Source: Eledone cirrhosa
Taxonomy: Eukaryota
Assembly (NCBI GenBank): GCA_964016885.1
Contig: OZ024743.1
Span: 138,074,001-138,138,000, forward strand
Length of the DNA: 64,000 bases
Direction: 5' to 3'
Position numbers and translations under genes: made by a program. Below are positions 61,201 through 64,000 of the stretch, piece by piece. The notes beneath the pieces were generated by a model. That model made no database searches and was not told the origin of the DNA. It was given only the letters and a program-made list of their open reading frames with translations. The stretch's first letter is position 1; the number at the start of each line of letters is the position of its first letter.

Positions 61201-63960
61201 GCTTGGTGTTTGGTGCTTTGTGCTTGGTGTTTGGTGTTTGGTGCTTGGTGCCTGGTGCTTGTTGTTTTGTGTTTGGTGCTTGGTGCTTGATGTTTGGTGT
61301 TTGGTGCTTGGTGTCTGGTGTTTGGTGCTTGGTGTTTGGTGTTTGGAGCTTGGTGCTTGGTGTTTGGTGTTTGGTGCTTGGTGCTTGGTGTTTGGTGTTT
61401 GGTGCTTGGTGTTTGGTGTTTGGTGTTTGGTGTTTGATGCTTGGAGTTTGATGCTTGGTGCTTGGTGTTTGGTGCTTGGTGCTTGGTGTTTGTACTTGGT
61501 GCTTGGTGCTTGGTGTTTGGTGCTTGGTTCTTGGTGTTTGGTGCTTGGTGTTTGGTGCTTGGTGCTTGGTGTTTGGTGTTTGGTGCTTGGTGTTTGGTGC
61601 TTGGTGCTTGGTGGTTGGTGTTTGGTGCTTGGTGCCTGGTGCATGGTGTTTGGTGCTTGATGCTTGGTGTTTGGTGTTTGGTGCTTGGTGTTTGGTGATT
61701 GGTGCTTGGTGCTTGGTGCTTGGTGCTTGGTGTTTGGTGTTTGGTGCTTGCTGCTTGCTGCTTGGTGTTTGGTGCCTGGTGATTGGTGCTTGGTGTTTGG
61801 TGCTTGGTGCTTGGTGTTTGGTGTTTGGTGCTAGGTGCTTGGTGCTTGGTGCTTGGTGTTTGGTGCTTGGTGTTTGGTGCTTGGTACTTGGGGCTTGGTG
61901 TTTGGTGCTTGGTGCTTGGTGTTTGGTGCTTGTTGTTTGGTGTTTGATGCTTGGTGTTTGATGCTTGGTGCTTGGTGCTTGGTGTTTGGTGCTTGGTGCT
62001 TGGTGTTTGTACTTGGTGCTTGGTGCTTGGTGTTTGGTGCTTGGTGCTTGGTGTTTGGTGCTTGGTTCTTGGTGTTTGGTGCTTGGTGCTTGGTCTTTGG
62101 TGCTTGGTGCTTGGTGTTTGGTGTTTGGTGCTTGGTGTTTGGTGCTTGGTGCTTGGTGCTTGGTGGTTGGTGTTAGGTGTTTGGTGCTTGGTGCTTGGTG
62201 TTTTGTGCTTCGTGCTTGGTGCTTGGTGTTTGGTGCTTGGTGCTTGGTGTTTGGTGCTTGGTGTTTGGTGCTTGGTGTTTGGTGTTTGGTGTTTGGTGCT
62301 TCGTGCTTGGTTTTTGGTGCTTGGTACTTGGTGCTTGTTGTTTGGTGATTCGTGCTTGGTGCTTGGTGTTTGGTGTTTGGTGCTGCATGCTTGGTGCTTG
62401 GTGCTTGGTGCTTGGTGTTTTGTGTTTGGTGTTTGATGCTTGGTGTTTGGTGTTTGGTGCTTGGTGCTTGGTGTTTGGTGTTTGATGCTTGGTGTTTGGT
62501 GTTTGGTGCTTGGTGCTTGGTGCTTGGTGCTTGGTGTTTGGTGCTTGGTGCTTGATGTTTGTACTTGGTGCTTGGTGCTTGGTGTTTGGTGCTTGGTGTT
62601 TGGTGCTTGGTGCTTGGTGTTTGGTGCTTGGTGCTTGGTGTTTGGTGTTTGGTGCTTGGTGTTTGGTGCTTGGTGTTTGGTATTAGGTGTTTGGTGCTTC
62701 ATGCTTGGTGCTTGGTGTTTGGTGCCATGGTGCTTGGTGTTTGGTGCTTGGTGACTGGTGCATGGTGTTTGTTGCTTGGTGCTTGGTGTTTGGTGTTTGG
62801 TGCTTGGTGTTTGGTGCTTGGTGCTTGGTGCTTGGTGTTAGGTGTTAGGTGTTTGGTGCTTGGTGCTTGGTGTTTGGTGCTTGGTGTTTGGTGTTTGGTG
62901 CTTGCTGCTTGCTGCTTGGTGTTTGGTGCTTGGTGATTGGTGCTTGGTGTTTGGTGCTTGGTGCTTGGTGTTTGGTGCTTGGTGCTTGATGCTTGGAGTT
63001 TGCTGCTTGGTGTTTGGTGCTTGGTACTTGGGGCTTGGTGTTTGGTGCTTCGTGCTTGGTGCTTGGTGTTTGGTGCTTGGTGCTTGGTGTTTGGTGTTTG
63101 GTGCTTGGTGTTTGGTGCTTGGTGCTTGGTGCCATGGTGCTTGGCGTTTGGTGCTTGGTGCTTGGTGTTTGGTGCTTGGTGCTTGGTGCTTGGTGTTTGG
63201 TGCTTGGTACCTGGTGCTTGGTCTTTGGTGCTTGGTGTTTGGTGTTTGGTGCTTGGTGTTTGGTGCTTGGTGCTTGGTGATTAGTGTTTGGTGCTTGGTG
63301 CTTGGGGTTTGGTGTTTGGTGCTTGGTGCTTGGGGTTTGGTCCTTGGTGCTTGGTGTTTGGTGCTTGGTGTTTGGTGTTTGCTGTTTGGTGTTTGGTGTT
63401 TGGTGTTTGGTGTTTGGTGTTTGCTGTTTGGTGTCTGCTTTTTGGTGTTTGGTGTTTGCTGTATGGTGTTTGCTGTTTCGTGTTTATTGTTTGCTGTTTG
63501 GTGTTTGGTGTTTGGTGTTTGGTGTTTCCTGTTTGGTTTTAGTCTTTGGTGCTTGGTGTTTGGTGCTTGGTGCTTGGTATTTGGTGTTTGGTGCTTGGTG
63601 CTTGGTGTTTGGTGCTTGGTGCTTGGTGCTTGTTGTTTGGTGTTTGGTGTTTGGTGTTTGGTGCTTGGTGCTTGGTGTTTGGTGCTTGGTGCTTGGTGTT
63701 TCGTGCTGCGTGCTTGGTGTTTGGTCCTTGGTGCTTGGTGCTTGCTGTTTGGTGCTTGGTGCTTGGTGTTTGGTGCTTGGTGCTTAATGCTTGGTGTTTG
63801 GTGCTTAGTGCTTGGTGTTTGGTGCTTGGTGCTTCGTGTTTGGTGTTTGCTGTTTGATGTTTGGTGTTTGCTGTTTGGTGTTTGGTGTTTGGTGCTTGCT
63901 GTTTGGTGCTTGGTGTTTGGTGCTTGGTGCTTGGTGTTTTGTGTTTGGTGCTTGGTGCTT
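58210..63960 (+). repeat. Two further, more diverged ~2.8-3.0 kb HOR-like units of the 3' subfamily
   Basis: ORF pairs 60021/62937 and 60077/62993 (2,916), 60367/63284 (2,917), 60559/63546 (2,987). Shared markers GGTGCCATGG, GGTGACTGG, TAGGTGT-TAGGTGT, TTAGTCT, TTCATGT-TTGGAGT. Confidence 0.8.
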
Positions 63961-64000
63961 GGGGCTTGGTGTTCGGTGCTTGGTGCTTGGTTCTTGGTGC

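Larger units (their letters stand above)
1..64000 (+). repeat. Heptamer satellite array (TTGGTGY)n, ~9,100 units, open at both window edges
   Basis: TTGGTGC and TTGGTGT dominate every line. Minor variants are mostly single substitutions (TTGCTGT, TTGATGT, TTGGGGC, TTGGTGA, TTAGTGT, CTGGTGC, TTGTTGT). All three frames on a strand translate to the same 7-aa pattern (LVLGAWC / TKHQAPS), as expected for a 7-bp period. No inversion or unique insert seen. Confidence 0.99.

Noticed and set aside
217-63290. CRISPR-like reading of landmark repeats separated by variable segments
   Set aside because: The intervening segments are the same satellite, hundreds to thousands of bp long and irregular. There are no unique spacers, leader or cas genes.
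2-63857. Hundreds of plus-strand hydrophobic ORFs (LVLGAWC repeats) resembling membrane proteins
   Set aside because: They overlap in all three frames, start at TTG/GTG codons supplied by the repeat, and end wherever a variant unit creates TGA or TAG. They are translation artefacts.
1-64000. Telomerase-synthesised telomeric tract
   Set aside because: The unit matches no telomere motif I recognise, and multi-kb duplicated strings of rare variants indicate copying by recombination or replication rather than de novo templated addition. A subtelomeric location is not excluded.
1-64000. Bacterial heptamer repeats (cyanobacterial STRR-type) or a low-complexity sequencing artefact
   Set aside because: STRR-type tracts are short and intergenic, whereas this is at least 64 kb without genes. 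Consistent inheritance of rare variants across diverged copies is not what random sequencing noise produces.

Overview
The whole 64,000-bp window is one uninterrupted, single-orientation heptamer satellite: about 9,100 copies of TTGGTG(C/T), read as (G/A)CACCAA on the minus strand. There is no unique sequence, credible gene, RNA gene, mobile element or CRISPR array, and every ORF in the track is a translation artefact of the 7-bp period. The information lies in the order of variant heptamers, which shows a layered higher-order repeat (HOR) architecture. Tandem duplications have periods of 1,428, 1,939/1,918, ~4,700-4,835, ~8,200, 1,637 and 2,678 bp, and a ~9-10 kb block is re-duplicated ~13.7-15.3 kb downstream. 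Shared diagnostic variants allow some events to be ordered in time. A landmark, TTGGTGA-TTAGTGT-(2 units)-TTG(G/C)GGT, recurs roughly 75 times, TTGCTGT-rich islands are interspersed, and a distinct subfamily occupies ~52.4-64 kb. Size and organisation fit eukaryotic (peri)centromeric or subtelomeric satellite DNA (inference). The organism and any function cannot be determined from the sequence. Offsets come from matching ORF-track coordinates and are exact; block boundaries were read by eye and are approximate.
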